Counted from the first letter of the stretch, positions 1 through 11,088 are shown. The stretch: DNA of 64,000 nucleotides from an uncultured Ohtaekwangia sp. (GCA_964602295.1 CAZRQK010000009.1:435-64434); one strand, 5' to 3'. Numbers and translations are program-made. The notes: generated by a model from the sequence alone, not told the origin.

Positions 1-2
1 CC

Positions 3-551
3 GCTTCGTTTAACCTGCTCTCGCAATTTTCGAAAGGGTATAAATACACCAAGGATGCCAACGGGGTAGAGCAAGCCGAGTTGATATCAGACATTTTTGC
101 TCCGGCTTTCATCACCACAGGCTTGGGTTTCGAATACCATCCGGTAGATTATTTCAAAGTGCGTATTTCGCCTTTTGCACCACGCGTTACTATTGTGAGC
201 GATGTGGACCGCTTTGTTACGGTGGATAATCCAACCCCTTACGGTGTATTGCCGGGCGAGTCCGCGCGCTTCGAATGGCTGTCGGCACAGGTACTGGCCG
301 AGTTCAACAAAGACATTGCCACCAACCTGAACCTGAAGTGGCGCTACGTGTTGTTCGCGAACTACGAAACATTGTCGCTGGAAAATTTAGATCACCGGTT
401 AGACCTTAATATCACGGCCAAAGTGAACCAGTTTATAAATGTAAGTCTCGGTGGCATCATGATTTATGATATCGATCAGGATGCCGATGTGCAGTTGAGC
501 CAGGCTTTCAGCCTGGGAATTCTCTACACCTTCCAAAACTTTAAACCGTAG
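3..551 (+). CDS. DUF3078-type outer-membrane beta-barrel protein (5' end lies outside the window)
   Basis: Frame is open from position 3 (ASFNLLSQFSKGYKY...). Motifs FAPAFITTGLGFEY, ITAKVNQFINVSL and a terminal QAFSLGILYTF beta-strand. Confidence 0.75.
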   Translation, partial: ASFNLLSQFSKGYKYTKDANGVEQAELISDIFAPAFITTGLGFEYHPVDYFKVRISPFAPRVTIVSDVDRFVTVDNPTPYGVLPGESARFEWLSAQVLAEFNKDIATNLNLKWRYVLFANYETLSLENLDHRLDLNITAKVNQFINVSLGGIMIYDIDQDADVQLSQAFSLGILYTFQNFKP

Positions 552-605
552 CGATGTAAATAAGTGGGTGGCGTGCGGCAACTGTATGAATAATCCGGTT
601 CCCGT

Positions 606-613
606 TATGTTTG
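606..613 (+). promoter_or_regulatory. Bacteroidota sigma-A -7 element (TATGTTTG)
   Basis: Exact TAnnTTTG match 4 nt before ATG 618, which suggests a short or leaderless transcript. Confidence 0.55.
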
Positions 614-617
614 CAGC

Positions 618-1133
618 ATGATTCAAATCAAACCGATTAGTGCCGATGAACAAGATGCACTCCGGCAATTGGCGATAGAAATTTACCGCACCACGTTCGA
701 AAGTTACAATTCTACTGAAAACATGGAGCAGTACCTGGCCGAGGCGTTTAGTGCCGAACAGTTGGCCCGTGAGTGGGAAGAGCCTCGCTCTGTCTACTTA
801 GGCGCCTATGACGTTCAACGTATGGTTGCCTACTTGCGCCTGCGCGAAAACGCAGAGGCAAATAGCCACCTGGGTGCAAGCCATGTAGAATTACAGCGCT
901 TGTATGTGCGTGCCGAGTACCAGGGCCAGGGCGTGGCTAACGCCCTGATGGAAGCGGCTCTGGATTACGCCCGACAAAAAAAATACGATTGGCTTTGGCT
1001 GGGCGTGTGGGAGAAGAATGAGAAAGCCCAGCGCTTTTACCAACGGTGGGGCTTTGAAAAATTTAGTGAGCATGTTTTCTGGATGGGCGATGATGCCCAG
1101 ACGGACTGGCTCTTGAAAAAAAGAATAGAATAA
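618..1133 (+). CDS. GNAT N-acetyltransferase (PaiA-like)
   Basis: ELQRLYV..YQGQGVA motif A and WLGVWEKNEKAQRFYQRWGF motif B. Confidence 0.9.
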   Translation: MIQIKPISADEQDALRQLAIEIYRTTFESYNSTENMEQYLAEAFSAEQLAREWEEPRSVYLGAYDVQRMVAYLRLRENAEANSHLGASHVELQRLYVRAEYQGQGVANALMEAALDYARQKKYDWLWLGVWEKNEKAQRFYQRWGFEKFSEHVFWMGDDAQTDWLLKKRIE

Positions 1134-1139
1134 ACTGTT

Positions 1140-2696
1140 ATGTCGAAGGAAAATTTCATTGAAAGCATTACCCGTTCTTATACCGACAAAGGGGCTTCCA
1201 TTTTTTTGGGTGCCGGAGTCTATCAGGGCGAGGTAGTGGCAGAGGCCAAAGTAAACCTGCCACTGCGCATGATGACGCGCCACGGATTGGTAACAGGGGC
1301 CACAGGCTCAGGGAAAACAAGAACCCTGCAACTAATAGCGGAACAACTTTCAGCTGCCGGTGTGCCGGTTTTTATGCCCGATATGAAAGGCGACCTGAGT
1401 GGAATGGCAGTAGAAGGTGTGGTGAATGATAAACTGACCGAACGCGCCAACTTGTTGGGCATTCCTTTTTCGCCCACCGGCTTTCCCCTGGAACTCTATT
1501 CCCTCAGCGGCAAAAAAGGTGCGCAAATGCGGGCCACCGTTACCGAGTTTGGCCCGGTGCTGCTCAGCAAAGTGCTGGAGTTAAACGAAGTACAAAGCGG
1601 AGTGCTTTCCATTTTGTTTAAGTATGCCGATGACAAAGACCTGCCGATAGTTGACCTGAACGATTTGAAGAAGGTGCTGAACTACCTCACCGAAGGCGCG
1701 GGTGCTGCTGAAATTAAAAATGACTATGGGAAAATTTCCGGTGCCACCGCCAGCACCATACTTCGCAAGCTGGTAACGTTGGAGCAACAAGGCGTAGCAC
1801 AACTGTTTGGCGAAAAGAGTTTCGACATTGACGACTTGTTTGAAAAAGTAGATGGCCGTGGGGTAGTCAGTCTGCTCAACGTGTCGGATGTGCAGCACCA
1901 GCCAGCCATCTTCTCCACTTTCATGCTGGCCCTGCTGGCAGAAATTTACCAGGCACTACCCGAAGCAGGCGACCTGGACAAGCCCAAGCTGGTATTTTTT
2001 CTGGATGAAGCCCATCTGTTGTTCAAAGATGCACCCAGGGCATTCATGGACCAGATTGAGCAAGTCATTCGCCTCATTCGATCCAAAGGTGTAGGTATTT
2101 TTTTCTGCACTCAGGTTACGCAAGATGTGCCTGCTTCTGTGCTGAGTCAACTCGGTAACCGGGTGCACCACGTAATCCGTGCCTTTACGCCCAACGATGT
2201 AAAAGCGTTGAAGGAGACCATCAAAACATTTCCACGCTCTGAATATTATGACATGGAGCAACAGTTTACCCAATTGGGCATCGGGCAAGCGTTTATCACG
2301 GTGCTGAATGAAAAAGGTATACCAACCGAAACAGTGGTGACACATCTGGTGCCTCCCACCTCGTTGATGGGGCCATTAGCAGACGATGCCTACCAGGCAC
2401 ACCTCAATCAGTCGGACGTGTATAAAAAGTACAGTGCGGTAGTTGATCCACGCAGTGCCTTTGAAATTCTGAGTGAGAAAATGCAGGCAGCCCGCGAGGT
2501 GCAAACCACAGCAGGCACCCATGCAGAACCCTCCGCGTCTCCATCCACCCGCACTCGCAGGTCGGAAAAAAGTACGTTTGAGGAAGTTTTAAGCTCGCCA
2601 GTGGCGAAGCAGGTAGGGAGAGAGATCGTGCGTGGCGTATTCGGCATGTTATTTGGCGCTGCGCCCAGGCGATCTTCCTCGCGCAGGCGATTTTAG
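1140..2696 (+). CDS. DUF853 / HerA-like P-loop ATPase (YjgR family)
   Basis: RHGLVTGATGSGKT Walker A, KPKLVFFLDEAHLLF Walker B, RLIRSKGVG. Confidence 0.9.
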   Translation: MSKENFIESITRSYTDKGASIFLGAGVYQGEVVAEAKVNLPLRMMTRHGLVTGATGSGKTRTLQLIAEQLSAAGVPVFMPDMKGDLSGMAVEGVVNDKLTERANLLGIPFSPTGFPLELYSLSGKKGAQMRATVTEFGPVLLSKVLELNEVQSGVLSILFKYADDKDLPIVDLNDLKKVLNYLTEGAGAAEIKNDYGKISGATASTILRKLVTLEQQGVAQLFGEKSFDIDDLFEKVDGRGVVSLLNVSDVQHQPAIFSTFMLALLAEIYQALPEAGDLDKPKLVFFLDEAHLLFKDAPRAFMDQIEQVIRLIRSKGVGIFFCTQVTQDVPASVLSQLGNRVHHVIRAFTPNDVKALKETIKTFPRSEYYDMEQQFTQLGIGQAFITVLNEKGIPTETVVTHLVPPTSLMGPLADDAYQAHLNQSDVYKKYSAVVDPRSAFEILSEKMQAAREVQTTAGTHAEPSASPSTRTRRSEKSTFEEVLSSPVAKQVGREIVRGVFGMLFGAAPRRSSSRRRF

Positions 2697-2750
2697 AGAA
2701 CACGTAAAAAAAAGCCACGAATATCCTTTTGTAGGTGCAAGCAGGAGCAA

Positions 2751-2786
2751 TATATTTGTTCATTAATTTATATTAAGTCTAAATAA
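2751..2786 (+). promoter_or_regulatory. -7 promoter element (TATATTTG, 2751-2758) followed by an AT-rich 19-bp imperfect palindrome (putative iron-repressor operator)
   Basis: ATTTATA-TTAAG-TCTAAAT at 2766-2784, just downstream of the promoter of a FecA-like receptor. Confidence 0.55.
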
Positions 2787-2819
2787 AATAAAAGGACAAA
2801 ATTTTAGCTACCAGGCTCT

Positions 2820-5048
2820 ATGAAATACGTGCTACTTTTCTGTAACGTGCTGATTATTAACTATTTGTTTGCGCAGAGTCCCGATACCCTTCAGACCAAA
2901 ATACTCTCGGAGATTACGGTAGTGGGCCAAAAAAGTCCCTCCGATATCCACCAGCTGCCGGAAATTGTGGGAACCAACATTTATGCGGGCAAGAAAAGTG
3001 CGCTGATAGTGTTAAATAATGTGCAGGGTAACGTGGTGACGAATACCATGCGCCAGGTGATGGCGAAAGTACCCGGTATTTTTATCTGGGAGAACGAAAG
3101 CAGTGGCATTCAAATTAATGTGGCTGCCAGGGGTTTAAGCCCTAACCGTTCGTGGGAGTTTAACGTGCGCCAAAATGGGTACGACATTTCAGCCGACCCA
3201 TATGGATATCCGGAAGCCTATTATAATCCACAGTTACAATCCGTGCAGCGCATTGAAGTTGTACGCGGGCACGGGGCATTGCAATATGGCCCGCAACTGG
3301 GGGGAATGGTAAATTACATTTTAAAGAACGGAAGTGAATTTACGAAGCCATTTCAGGTAGAGACTTTTCAAACCATTGGAAGCAACGGCTTATTTAATAC
3401 TTACAACGCGGTTGGTGGTAAGACCGATAAGATTAATTATTATGCCTTCTTTGATCACCGAAGTGCGGATGGATGGCGCCAGAACAATGAGTACAAGAGC
3501 AACACGGGCTCTGGCTCATTTACCTACAAAGTGAACAACCGATTGTCTTTTACAACAGAATTTACACGTTGGCATTCGTTGAGTCAACAGCCCGGTGGCT
3601 TAACAGATGAGCAATTCAGTCAAAATCCGCGACAAAGCGTGCGGAGCCGCAACTGGTTCGATTTAACGTGGCAAACTGTTGCACTCACTGCCGACTATAA
3701 AATCAACGCGGATCAGCGACTTAATGTAAAACTCTTCAACATCAGCGGTGACAGAAACAGCATTGGCTATTTCCCTGGTGCTGGTATAACCGTGGCTGAT
3801 GCCATCAACCCATCGACCGGAACTTTTAACAACCGCACCATCGATATCGATAATTATCGCAACTATGGTTTGGAAACCCGGTACTTGCACGGTTACCAGT
3901 TAGGTGGTTTAAGTCATAACCTGAGTGCGGGTTTTCGTCTGTACACAGGCCAAACGTTGCGCTACCGCGGAGGTGTTGGTTCAATAGCAAGTGATTACGA
4001 CATCGCGCGGGTAAGCGGTACCTGGGCAGGCGATATTGATTACCAAAGTGGTAATGTGGCTGTGTTTGCGGAAAACTTATTCAGTATTACAGAAAAGCTA
4101 CTTATCATACCCGGGCTGCGTTATGAATTTTTACAAGCGGAAGCCTCAGGCTATAGCGGCTTTTCAAACGGTTCGCCCATATACCTCCAGGATCAGCAGA
4201 GAAGCAGGGGCTTTATTATTGGTGGCCTGGGTTTGGAATATGCACTCACCCATTCAACAAAGCTGTATGCCAATGCCACACAATCTTACCGGCCCGTTCA
4301 ATTTGCAGATTTAACAACACCTCCCACCACAGATGTAATCGATCCTAACCTAACCGATGCCAAAGGTTTGAATATTGATGCCGGCTTTCGCGGAAGTGTA
4401 AGAGATTACTTGTTATTCGATATCAGCGCCTACCACCTGGACTACGACAACCGTGTAGGAACGATTAAGCAGCAACGCAATGATGGTACATTCTATAACT
4501 TGCGTACCAATGTGGGCCGAAGTACTGCGCAAGGTGTAGAGGCGTTTGGCGAGCTGAACATTACCAAGGCCCTGGGGGCGGCATCCAAAGCAGGCGATCT
4601 TTCGGCCTTTGTGTCGTATGCTTACAACGATGCGCGCTACACGAACTTTAAAGTAGTAACCGTGGTGAACAATGCCTTGAGCGAAAGCAATCTCGAAAAC
4701 AAAAAAGTGGAGTACGCGCCCGACAACATTTTGCGGGCGGGGCTTACCTATGCTTACCGGGGAGCCGGGCTTACCATTCAATACAGCTACACCGACCAGG
4801 TATTTACAGATGCAAACAACACCGTTGCAGCGAGCGCAAATGCCCAAAACGGCTTGATTCCATCCTACTCGCTGCTTGACATGACAGCAGGCTATAAACA
4901 TGCCTCAGGTGTGTCGGTGAAGGGCGGTGTTAATAATCTTACTAATAAGAACTATTTCACACGCAGAGCGGGCGGGTATCCGGGCCCCGGGCTGCTACCT
5001 GCCGATGGCAGAACGTTCTTTGTTACATTAGGATACCTGATGAAATGA
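2820..5048 (+). CDS. TonB-dependent receptor, FecA-like
   Basis: Signal peptide, plug motifs (RGLSPNRS, YPEAYYNP, IEVVRGHGALQYGPQLGG), C-terminal NNLTNKNYFTRRA...GRTFFVTLGY. Confidence 0.9.
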   Translation: MKYVLLFCNVLIINYLFAQSPDTLQTKILSEITVVGQKSPSDIHQLPEIVGTNIYAGKKSALIVLNNVQGNVVTNTMRQVMAKVPGIFIWENESSGIQINVAARGLSPNRSWEFNVRQNGYDISADPYGYPEAYYNPQLQSVQRIEVVRGHGALQYGPQLGGMVNYILKNGSEFTKPFQVETFQTIGSNGLFNTYNAVGGKTDKINYYAFFDHRSADGWRQNNEYKSNTGSGSFTYKVNNRLSFTTEFTRWHSLSQQPGGLTDEQFSQNPRQSVRSRNWFDLTWQTVALTADYKINADQRLNVKLFNISGDRNSIGYFPGAGITVADAINPSTGTFNNRTIDIDNYRNYGLETRYLHGYQLGGLSHNLSAGFRLYTGQTLRYRGGVGSIASDYDIARVSGTWAGDIDYQSGNVAVFAENLFSITEKLLIIPGLRYEFLQAEASGYSGFSNGSPIYLQDQQRSRGFIIGGLGLEYALTHSTKLYANATQSYRPVQFADLTTPPTTDVIDPNLTDAKGLNIDAGFRGSVRDYLLFDISAYHLDYDNRVGTIKQQRNDGTFYNLRTNVGRSTAQGVEAFGELNITKALGAASKAGDLSAFVSYAYNDARYTNFKVVTVVNNALSESNLENKKVEYAPDNILRAGLTYAYRGAGLTIQYSYTDQVFTDANNTVAASANAQNGLIPSYSLLDMTAGYKHASGVSVKGGVNNLTNKNYFTRRAGGYPGPGLLPADGRTFFVTLGYLMK

Positions 5049-5104
5049 GTTTTGCCGGGCAAATGGGGCGTGGGGCCCACGTGTGTAAAAGTCTTCCCGC
5101 GAAC

Positions 5105-5116
5105 TGATTTTTATCA
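5105..5116. promoter_or_regulatory. Crp/Fnr-type site TGAT-N4-ATCA upstream of the heme operon
   Basis: TGATTTTTATCA, about 140 nt before hemA. Confidence 0.5.
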
Positions 5117-5257
5117 TTCAGTACCTCAAAGATGCGGATTGGGTTATTTTTAGAGGGTTTCATTGAATTTGACTTTGTTTCGTTGGTATTTATTATCCTT
5201 TAACGAGTATTTTTTGATTAACCCGGGTGCCAAATTTGCGTTCACTATAGTCTAAAA

Positions 5258-6472
5258 GTGAACGCCATACCTCCGTTTTATAAGCATACTGAGCATTTTG
5301 TGGTTCTGGGTACCAACTTTACCAAGGCGGATACCCTTACCCGTAGCCGGTTCGCCATTACCAAGGCGATGGAAAAAGAGGTATACCAACAGGCTGAATC
5401 TCAAGGATTTTCGGATTTTTTTCTACTATCGACCTGCAATCGTACGGAATTTTATACTTGCGGACCGGTTGCTGTGCTTAAGAATCTGGTTGCTACCCAC
5501 CTGGGCGTTACGGAGCAAGATTTTGAAGATTACTTCTATGAATTGACCGGTATCGAAGCCGTGCGCCATTTTTTCCAAGTGGTGTCTGGTCTGGACTCTC
5601 AGATTATTGGCGATTATGAAATTGTTTGCCAGGTAAAAGCCGCGCTCGATCAAGCGCGGCATTACAACCTGGTGGGCACCATTACCGACCGCATCTCCAA
5701 TTTTGCCTACCAGGCCCAGAAGAAGGTAAAGTCACACACCAACCTGAGCAGCGGTAAATATTCAGTGAGCTATGCGGCTGCGGAAATGATCTTCCACGAG
5801 AGCCAAACGAGTACCTTCAAAAATATTTTGTTGGTGGGTGCGGGCGATTTTGGCGCTACCGTAGCGCGTAACCTGCGTCACTATTTTCCGGTAATGGACC
5901 TGGCCATCACAAACCGAACCAAAGAGAAGGCAGAGAAGGTAGCCACCCAGGTGAAGGGGGAAGTAATCGCCTTCGAAAATTTTAAGGATCAATTACCTCG
6001 TTTTGACGTGGTGATTACCACTGTGGGCCTGGAGCATTACCTGCTGCAACCAGCGCACGTGTCAGCCGATCAGTTGTTGCTTGATCTCAGCGTTCCCCAG
6101 GCCATAGACCCAGCTGTGAAAGAAAAAGGAGCTCGTTTGTTCTCGGTAGATGAAGTGTCTGCTTTCCACAACGAACTATTGCAGCAACGCAAAATGGAAA
6201 TTCCGCGCGCACAGAAAATTATCGAGTACTACATCGGCCAGTTAATGGAATGGCAACAGCTATACAGCCATCGCGATATTGTGATGAGTTATAAGGAGAA
6301 AATAAAATTACTGTACACAAGCCCTGCTGCACCCTCGGAGTTGCCAGCGATAGATCATAAAAAGAAAGTGGAGAAAATATTTTCGCTATTGATGCAGGAG
6401 ATAAGAGAGCAAGGTTTTGCCGGCTGCCGAATGATTGAAGCCGTGAATAGCCTGGTTCCCGCGGAAAAATGA
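5258..6472 (+). CDS. hemA: Glutamyl-tRNA reductase
   Basis: LSTCNRTEFY catalytic Cys, GLDSQIIGDYEI, LVGAG dinucleotide motif, DLSVP. Confidence 0.95.
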   Translation: MNAIPPFYKHTEHFVVLGTNFTKADTLTRSRFAITKAMEKEVYQQAESQGFSDFFLLSTCNRTEFYTCGPVAVLKNLVATHLGVTEQDFEDYFYELTGIEAVRHFFQVVSGLDSQIIGDYEIVCQVKAALDQARHYNLVGTITDRISNFAYQAQKKVKSHTNLSSGKYSVSYAAAEMIFHESQTSTFKNILLVGAGDFGATVARNLRHYFPVMDLAITNRTKEKAEKVATQVKGEVIAFENFKDQLPRFDVVITTVGLEHYLLQPAHVSADQLLLDLSVPQAIDPAVKEKGARLFSVDEVSAFHNELLQQRKMEIPRAQKIIEYYIGQLMEWQQLYSHRDIVMSYKEKIKLLYTSPAAPSELPAIDHKKKVEKIFSLLMQEIREQGFAGCRMIEAVNSLVPAEK

Positions 6473-7389
6473 GTAACCCCCGAACGATTCGTATTGGCAC
6501 CCGCGAAAGCGCGCTGGCGCTCTTTCAGGCCCATGAGGTGCAGCGGAAATTGAATGAGCAAGGAATTGATACGGAGATTATTGAAATCACTTCCGATGGT
6601 GATGTGGACCTGGTAACACCACTTTATGAAATGGGGATACAGGGAATTTTCACCAAATCGCTAGACATCGCCCTGCTTCAGAATCGTATTGACATTGCTG
6701 TGCACTCAACCAAAGATGTGCCCACCAAACAAGCCAAAGGTCTTACGTTAAGTGCCATGCTCGAGCGGGCTGTTTCGTACGATTGCCTCGTGTTGCCTGC
6801 CGGTAAGGGCACAGTGCCATTAGATCAACAAGGTATCATTGGCACCAGCAGTCTGCGCAGAAAATTGCAATGGCTTTATCGCTATCCTCACCATATAACA
6901 GAAAACCTTCGCGGTAACATACAAACGCGATTGAAGAAGCTTGATCAGTCCAATTGGCATGGAGCTATCTTCGCGCAAGCGGCACTTAACAGATTAGAAG
7001 TGTCATCGCATCATTTGATCACACTCGACTGGATGGTTCCGTCACCCGCGCAGGGGGCCATCGGTATTGTATGTCGCGAAGACGATCATCATGCATTAGA
7101 GATTTGCAAGTCGATCAACCATGCCATCACGAATACCTGCGTTACCATTGAGCGCGATTTTCTGGCGGCCCTCCATGGGGGATGTGCCGTACCTATTGCT
7201 GCACACGTAGCCTATCAAAAAGGCGGACTGAGTTTTACAGGAAACATCATGAGCCTCGATGCGAAACATAAATTGGAGGTATCACTTACATTTGAGTTAG
7301 ACCAGGCGCCTGTTGCTGGAGAGACTGCCGCAAGTGAAATACGAAAGCAAGGTGCTGAAGCGATCATTAAAACATTTCGAGCAGCATGA
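6469..7389 (+). CDS. hemC: Hydroxymethylbilane synthase
   Basis: IRIGTRESALA, AVHSTKDVP, GTSSLRR, LRGNIQTRL, GGCAVP. Confidence 0.97.
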   Translation: MSNPRTIRIGTRESALALFQAHEVQRKLNEQGIDTEIIEITSDGDVDLVTPLYEMGIQGIFTKSLDIALLQNRIDIAVHSTKDVPTKQAKGLTLSAMLERAVSYDCLVLPAGKGTVPLDQQGIIGTSSLRRKLQWLYRYPHHITENLRGNIQTRLKKLDQSNWHGAIFAQAALNRLEVSSHHLITLDWMVPSPAQGAIGIVCREDDHHALEICKSINHAITNTCVTIERDFLAALHGGCAVPIAAHVAYQKGGLSFTGNIMSLDAKHKLEVSLTFELDQAPVAGETAASEIRKQGAEAIIKTFRAA

Positions 7390-8087
7390 CGAACGCGCTA
7401 AGCATAGTTTCAACACGCGTGCTATCGTCTCCCAAAGTTGCTCAACTGGAGATGAAAGGATGGAGCTTCGTGCAACATGATTTTATCAGTAAGGTGATTC
7501 AGCTGCCCGATACGATCACCCCAAATACACTCAAAAAAAATATTGTTATTACCAGTATTACCGGGGCCAAGGCATTCGCCCAATTTTTGGATCAATTGGA
7601 TTTGGAGCGTGAGGATTTTAAGGTGTTTTGCATTTCCCGTGGCACCAAAGAGTATGCAACGGCATTGGGCTTAGCCATACAAGGTAGTGCACCAAATGCT
7701 TCCGGGTTGGCCGATGTCATTTTAGGACACTCTGAAGTAAAATCTGTGACTCATATCTGCAGCAATCTCAGAAGAGATGAGTTGTCGGAGAAATTAAGAA
7801 GTAGATCTGTAGAAGTTCATGATATCGTAGTATATCAAACAGTTCACACGCCCGTGAAGCTAAATGCCGTTTACGATGCTGTTTTGTTTTTTAGCCCCAG
7901 CGCAATAGATAGTTTTCTTAGTCAAAACGATTTACGTCAGGTGCCTTGTTTTTGTATTGGTGCAACCACGGCTGCACACGCTAAAAATAAGGGTTATCGC
8001 ACGGCAATAATTGCTGAAGCACCTTCTGAAGATTTCCTGTTAGAAAAGGTTATCACATACTACACAAAAGATAAAGCTCATGCTTAA
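7386..8087 (+). CDS. hemD: Uroporphyrinogen-III synthase
   Basis: [22 protein letters not shown] motifs; lies between hemC and hemE. Confidence 0.9.
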   Translation: MTNALSIVSTRVLSSPKVAQLEMKGWSFVQHDFISKVIQLPDTITPNTLKKNIVITSITGAKAFAQFLDQLDLEREDFKVFCISRGTKEYATALGLAIQGSAPNASGLADVILGHSEVKSVTHICSNLRRDELSEKLRSRSVEVHDIVVYQTVHTPVKLNAVYDAVLFFSPSAIDSFLSQNDLRQVPCFCIGATTAAHAKNKGYRTAIIAEAPSEDFLLEKVITYYTKDKAHA

Positions 8088-9117
8088 AAATGATTTGTTG
8101 TTAAAGGCGCTCCGTAAAGAAGAGGTATCTCGCCCACCGGTGTGGATGATGCGCCAGGCGGGAAGATATTTGCCCGAATACATTGCGCTGAGAAATAAGT
8201 ACGATTTCTTCACGCGAGTACAAACACCTGAGCTGGCATGCGAGATTACACTGCAGCCCGTGGATATTGTGGGAGTGGATGCCGCCATTATCTTCTCTGA
8301 TATTCTGGTGATACCCCAGGCCATGGGGCTGGAAGTATTGATGGAAGAAGGAAAAGGACCGCTGTTGCCCAATACAATCAAAACATCAAACGATGTAGAG
8401 AAACTAACAGTAGATGTGAGTGAACAACTCCATTATGTGTATGATGCTCTTTCCCTAACCAAGAAAGAACTGAATAACCGCATTCCGTTGATTGGATTTG
8501 CCGGAGCGCCCTTTACGTTGCTGTGTTACATGGTAGAAGGAAAAGGCAGCAAGGGCTTTGAGAAGGCCAAGGCGTTTTGCTTTACACAGCCCGAGTTAGC
8601 TGGCAGACTTTTGCAAAAAATTACCGATGCCACCATTCAATATTTGAAAGGTCAGGCGAAAGCCGGTGCTGATGTGTTGCAGGTGTTCGATAGCTGGAGC
8701 GGATTGTTAAGCCCCGATGATTTTGACCGGTTTGCGGCTCCGTACCTTTTGCAAATTGCGGAGGCGTTGGCGCCACTCGTGCCAGTCATTCTTTTCCCGA
8801 AAGGCAGTAATTATGCATTAAGTTCACTTTCGAAGTATGATTACGTGTCGAGTATTGGTTTAGACTGGACCATTCGACCTGCGGATGCGAGAAGAGAAAC
8901 GCAGCACCGTGTAACGTTACAGGGAAATTTTGATCCCGGTAAGTTGTTGTTACCTCCCAACGAAATCAGAAAGGAAGTTCATAAAATGATTGATGCATTT
9001 GGTACGAAGGGATACATCGCCAACCTGGGTCATGGAATAACACCCAATGTTCCGGTTGAAAATGCCAAAGCATTTGTGAACGCGGTGAAGGAATATCAAC
9101 ATGTCGCTGTACATTAA
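8080..9117 (+). CDS. hemE: Uroporphyrinogen decarboxylase
   Basis: [31 protein letters not shown]. Confidence 0.97.
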   Translation: MLKNDLLLKALRKEEVSRPPVWMMRQAGRYLPEYIALRNKYDFFTRVQTPELACEITLQPVDIVGVDAAIIFSDILVIPQAMGLEVLMEEGKGPLLPNTIKTSNDVEKLTVDVSEQLHYVYDALSLTKKELNNRIPLIGFAGAPFTLLCYMVEGKGSKGFEKAKAFCFTQPELAGRLLQKITDATIQYLKGQAKAGADVLQVFDSWSGLLSPDDFDRFAAPYLLQIAEALAPLVPVILFPKGSNYALSSLSKYDYVSSIGLDWTIRPADARRETQHRVTLQGNFDPGKLLLPPNEIRKEVHKMIDAFGTKGYIANLGHGITPNVPVENAKAFVNAVKEYQHVAVH

Positions 9118-10021
9118 AGATCAGTTTACTGCGCACATTCGCGCATTGCAAAATGAAATTTGCCTGGCTCTGGAAACAGTGGATGGCAAAGCGCGTTTTG
9201 TGGCCGATGTGTGGGAAAGACCTGGAGGCGGAGGGGGTGAGAGTCGCATCATTAGCAATGGAAATATCTTCGAAAAAGGAGGAGTGAATATTTCCATTGT
9301 GCACGGAACGCTTCCTCCGTTGGCGGCACAACAATTGAAAGTGTCGGGCGATACTTTTTTTGCCTGCGGTTTGTCGTTGGTGCTTCATCCCTTTAATCCA
9401 TTTGTTCCTACCGTCCACGCCAACTGGCGTTACTTTGAAGTTTACAATAAAGACGGAGCGGTAACCGATGCGTGGTTTGGCGGAGGCACAGATTTAACTC
9501 CTTATTATTTGTTTGAGGAGGATGCGATTCATTTTCATTCAGTACAAAAACAGTCTTGCGATGCATTTGATGAAACATTCTATCCGAACTTTAAGAAGCA
9601 GTGCGATGATTACTTTAATAATCATCATCGGGGTGGCGAACGCAGGGGCATCGGTGGCATTTTTTTCGACCATTGTAAAGGTACTGCGGAGCATCCGCTG
9701 GAATTTTGGAAAGCCTTTGCAGAGCATAATGGAAAGAACTTTTTGAATGCGTACCTACCGATTGTTGAAAAGAGAAAAAATATCGCCTTCAATAACGAAC
9801 AAAAGTATTGGCAGGAAATAAGGAGAGGTCGGTATGTGGAATTTAATTTGCTGCACGACCGTGGCACCTTGTTTGGCATCAAGACCAATGGCCGAACAGA
9901 GAGTATTTTGATGAGCCTGCCGCCAACGGTGCGATTTGAATATAACTATCACCCATCACCCGGAAGTGAAGAGGCTCTTTTGGTAGAAGTGTTGATGAAA
10001 CCTAAAGATTGGTTAAGATAA
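9101..10021 (+). CDS. hemF: Oxygen-dependent coproporphyrinogen III oxidase
   Basis: [45 protein letters not shown]. Confidence 0.97.
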   Translation: MSLYIKDQFTAHIRALQNEICLALETVDGKARFVADVWERPGGGGGESRIISNGNIFEKGGVNISIVHGTLPPLAAQQLKVSGDTFFACGLSLVLHPFNPFVPTVHANWRYFEVYNKDGAVTDAWFGGGTDLTPYYLFEEDAIHFHSVQKQSCDAFDETFYPNFKKQCDDYFNNHHRGGERRGIGGIFFDHCKGTAEHPLEFWKAFAEHNGKNFLNAYLPIVEKRKNIAFNNEQKYWQEIRRGRYVEFNLLHDRGTLFGIKTNGRTESILMSLPPTVRFEYNYHPSPGSEEALLVEVLMKPKDWLR

Positions 10022-10031
10022 ATTCACACGA

Positions 10032-11009
10032 ATGAACAGAAGAAATAGAATTTTACGGAAGTCGGCCGCTGTACGTAGCATGGTGCAGGAGACCACTTTA
10101 TTGCCTTCAGATTTCATTGTTCCGGTTTTTATTACCGAAGGTGAAAAAGTGAAAGATGAGATTTCTTCCATGCCGGGTTACTACCGCTATTCACTCGATC
10201 TTGCTGTGGAAGAATTGAAGGAGTGTTACGCCATGGGCCTGCGCTGTGCCTTGTTGTTTGTAAAGGTGCCCGATGAGTTGAAAGATAATACCGGCAAAGA
10301 AGCTTTGAACGATAATGGACTAATGCAGCGTAGTGTGCGCGCTATCAAAGCGGCACTTCCTGAAATGGTGGTGATGACCGATGTGGCGTTGGATCCTTAC
10401 TCGTCTTTCGGTCACGATGGAATTGTAGAGAATCAACTAATCATAAATGATAAAACCGTGGAGGTGCTGGCGAAAATGAGTGTGAGCCACGCCAGAGCGG
10501 GAGCTGATTTCGTGGCACCCAGCGATATGATGGATGGACGCATTGGTGCCATTCGAAATGCCTTAGAGCAAGCCGGTTTTCATAACACCGGCATCATGAG
10601 CTACGCAGCCAAGTATGCTTCCTGTTTTTACGGTCCCTTCCGCGATGCGTTAGACAGTGCCCCTGGTTTTGGCGATAAGAAAACCTATCAGATGAACCCT
10701 GCTAACCGACTGGAAGCAATCAGGGAAGTGCGCATGGATGTAGAAGAAGGCGCAGACATCATTATGGTGAAGCCGGCTCATGCATATCTCGATATTATCC
10801 GCGAAGTAAAAAATGAAGTAACGCTTCCGGTAAGTGCTTACCACGTAAGTGGCGAGTATGCAATGATCAAAGCAGCGGCCAAAGCTGGCTACCTCAATGA
10901 AGAGCAGGCCATACTCGAGGTGTTGACTGGTATTAAACGTGCGGGGGCAGATTTGATTGCGACTTATTTTGCTAAGGACGCGGTGCGGTTATTGAAGGGA
11001 GAGAGATGA
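10032..11009 (+). CDS. hemB: Porphobilinogen synthase (non-Zn, Asp-rich type)
   Basis: DVALDPYSSFGHDG, APSDMMDGR, FYGPFRDA, MVKPA, YHVSGEY. Confidence 0.97.
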   Translation: MNRRNRILRKSAAVRSMVQETTLLPSDFIVPVFITEGEKVKDEISSMPGYYRYSLDLAVEELKECYAMGLRCALLFVKVPDELKDNTGKEALNDNGLMQRSVRAIKAALPEMVVMTDVALDPYSSFGHDGIVENQLIINDKTVEVLAKMSVSHARAGADFVAPSDMMDGRIGAIRNALEQAGFHNTGIMSYAAKYASCFYGPFRDALDSAPGFGDKKTYQMNPANRLEAIREVRMDVEEGADIIMVKPAHAYLDIIREVKNEVTLPVSAYHVSGEYAMIKAAAKAGYLNEEQAILEVLTGIKRAGADLIATYFAKDAVRLLKGER

Positions 11010-11010
11010 T

Positions 11011-11088
11011 ACAGAAAAAGATCTTGAACCTGCAGGAATGTTATTGAATAAATGTTTTGCCATGTTGTCCAGAATGATCAAGCAATGA
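11011..11088 (+). pseudogene. Probable C-terminal remnant of a four-helix-bundle (23S rRNA IVP / bAvd-like) gene
   Basis: Startless frame [25 protein letters not shown], followed by 7-bp tandem repeats. Resemblance is recalled, not searched. Confidence 0.5.

Noticed and set aside
1140..2696. HerA-type anti-phage system
   Set aside because: The sequence fits the housekeeping DUF853/YjgR family and has no adjacent nuclease or Sir2 partner.
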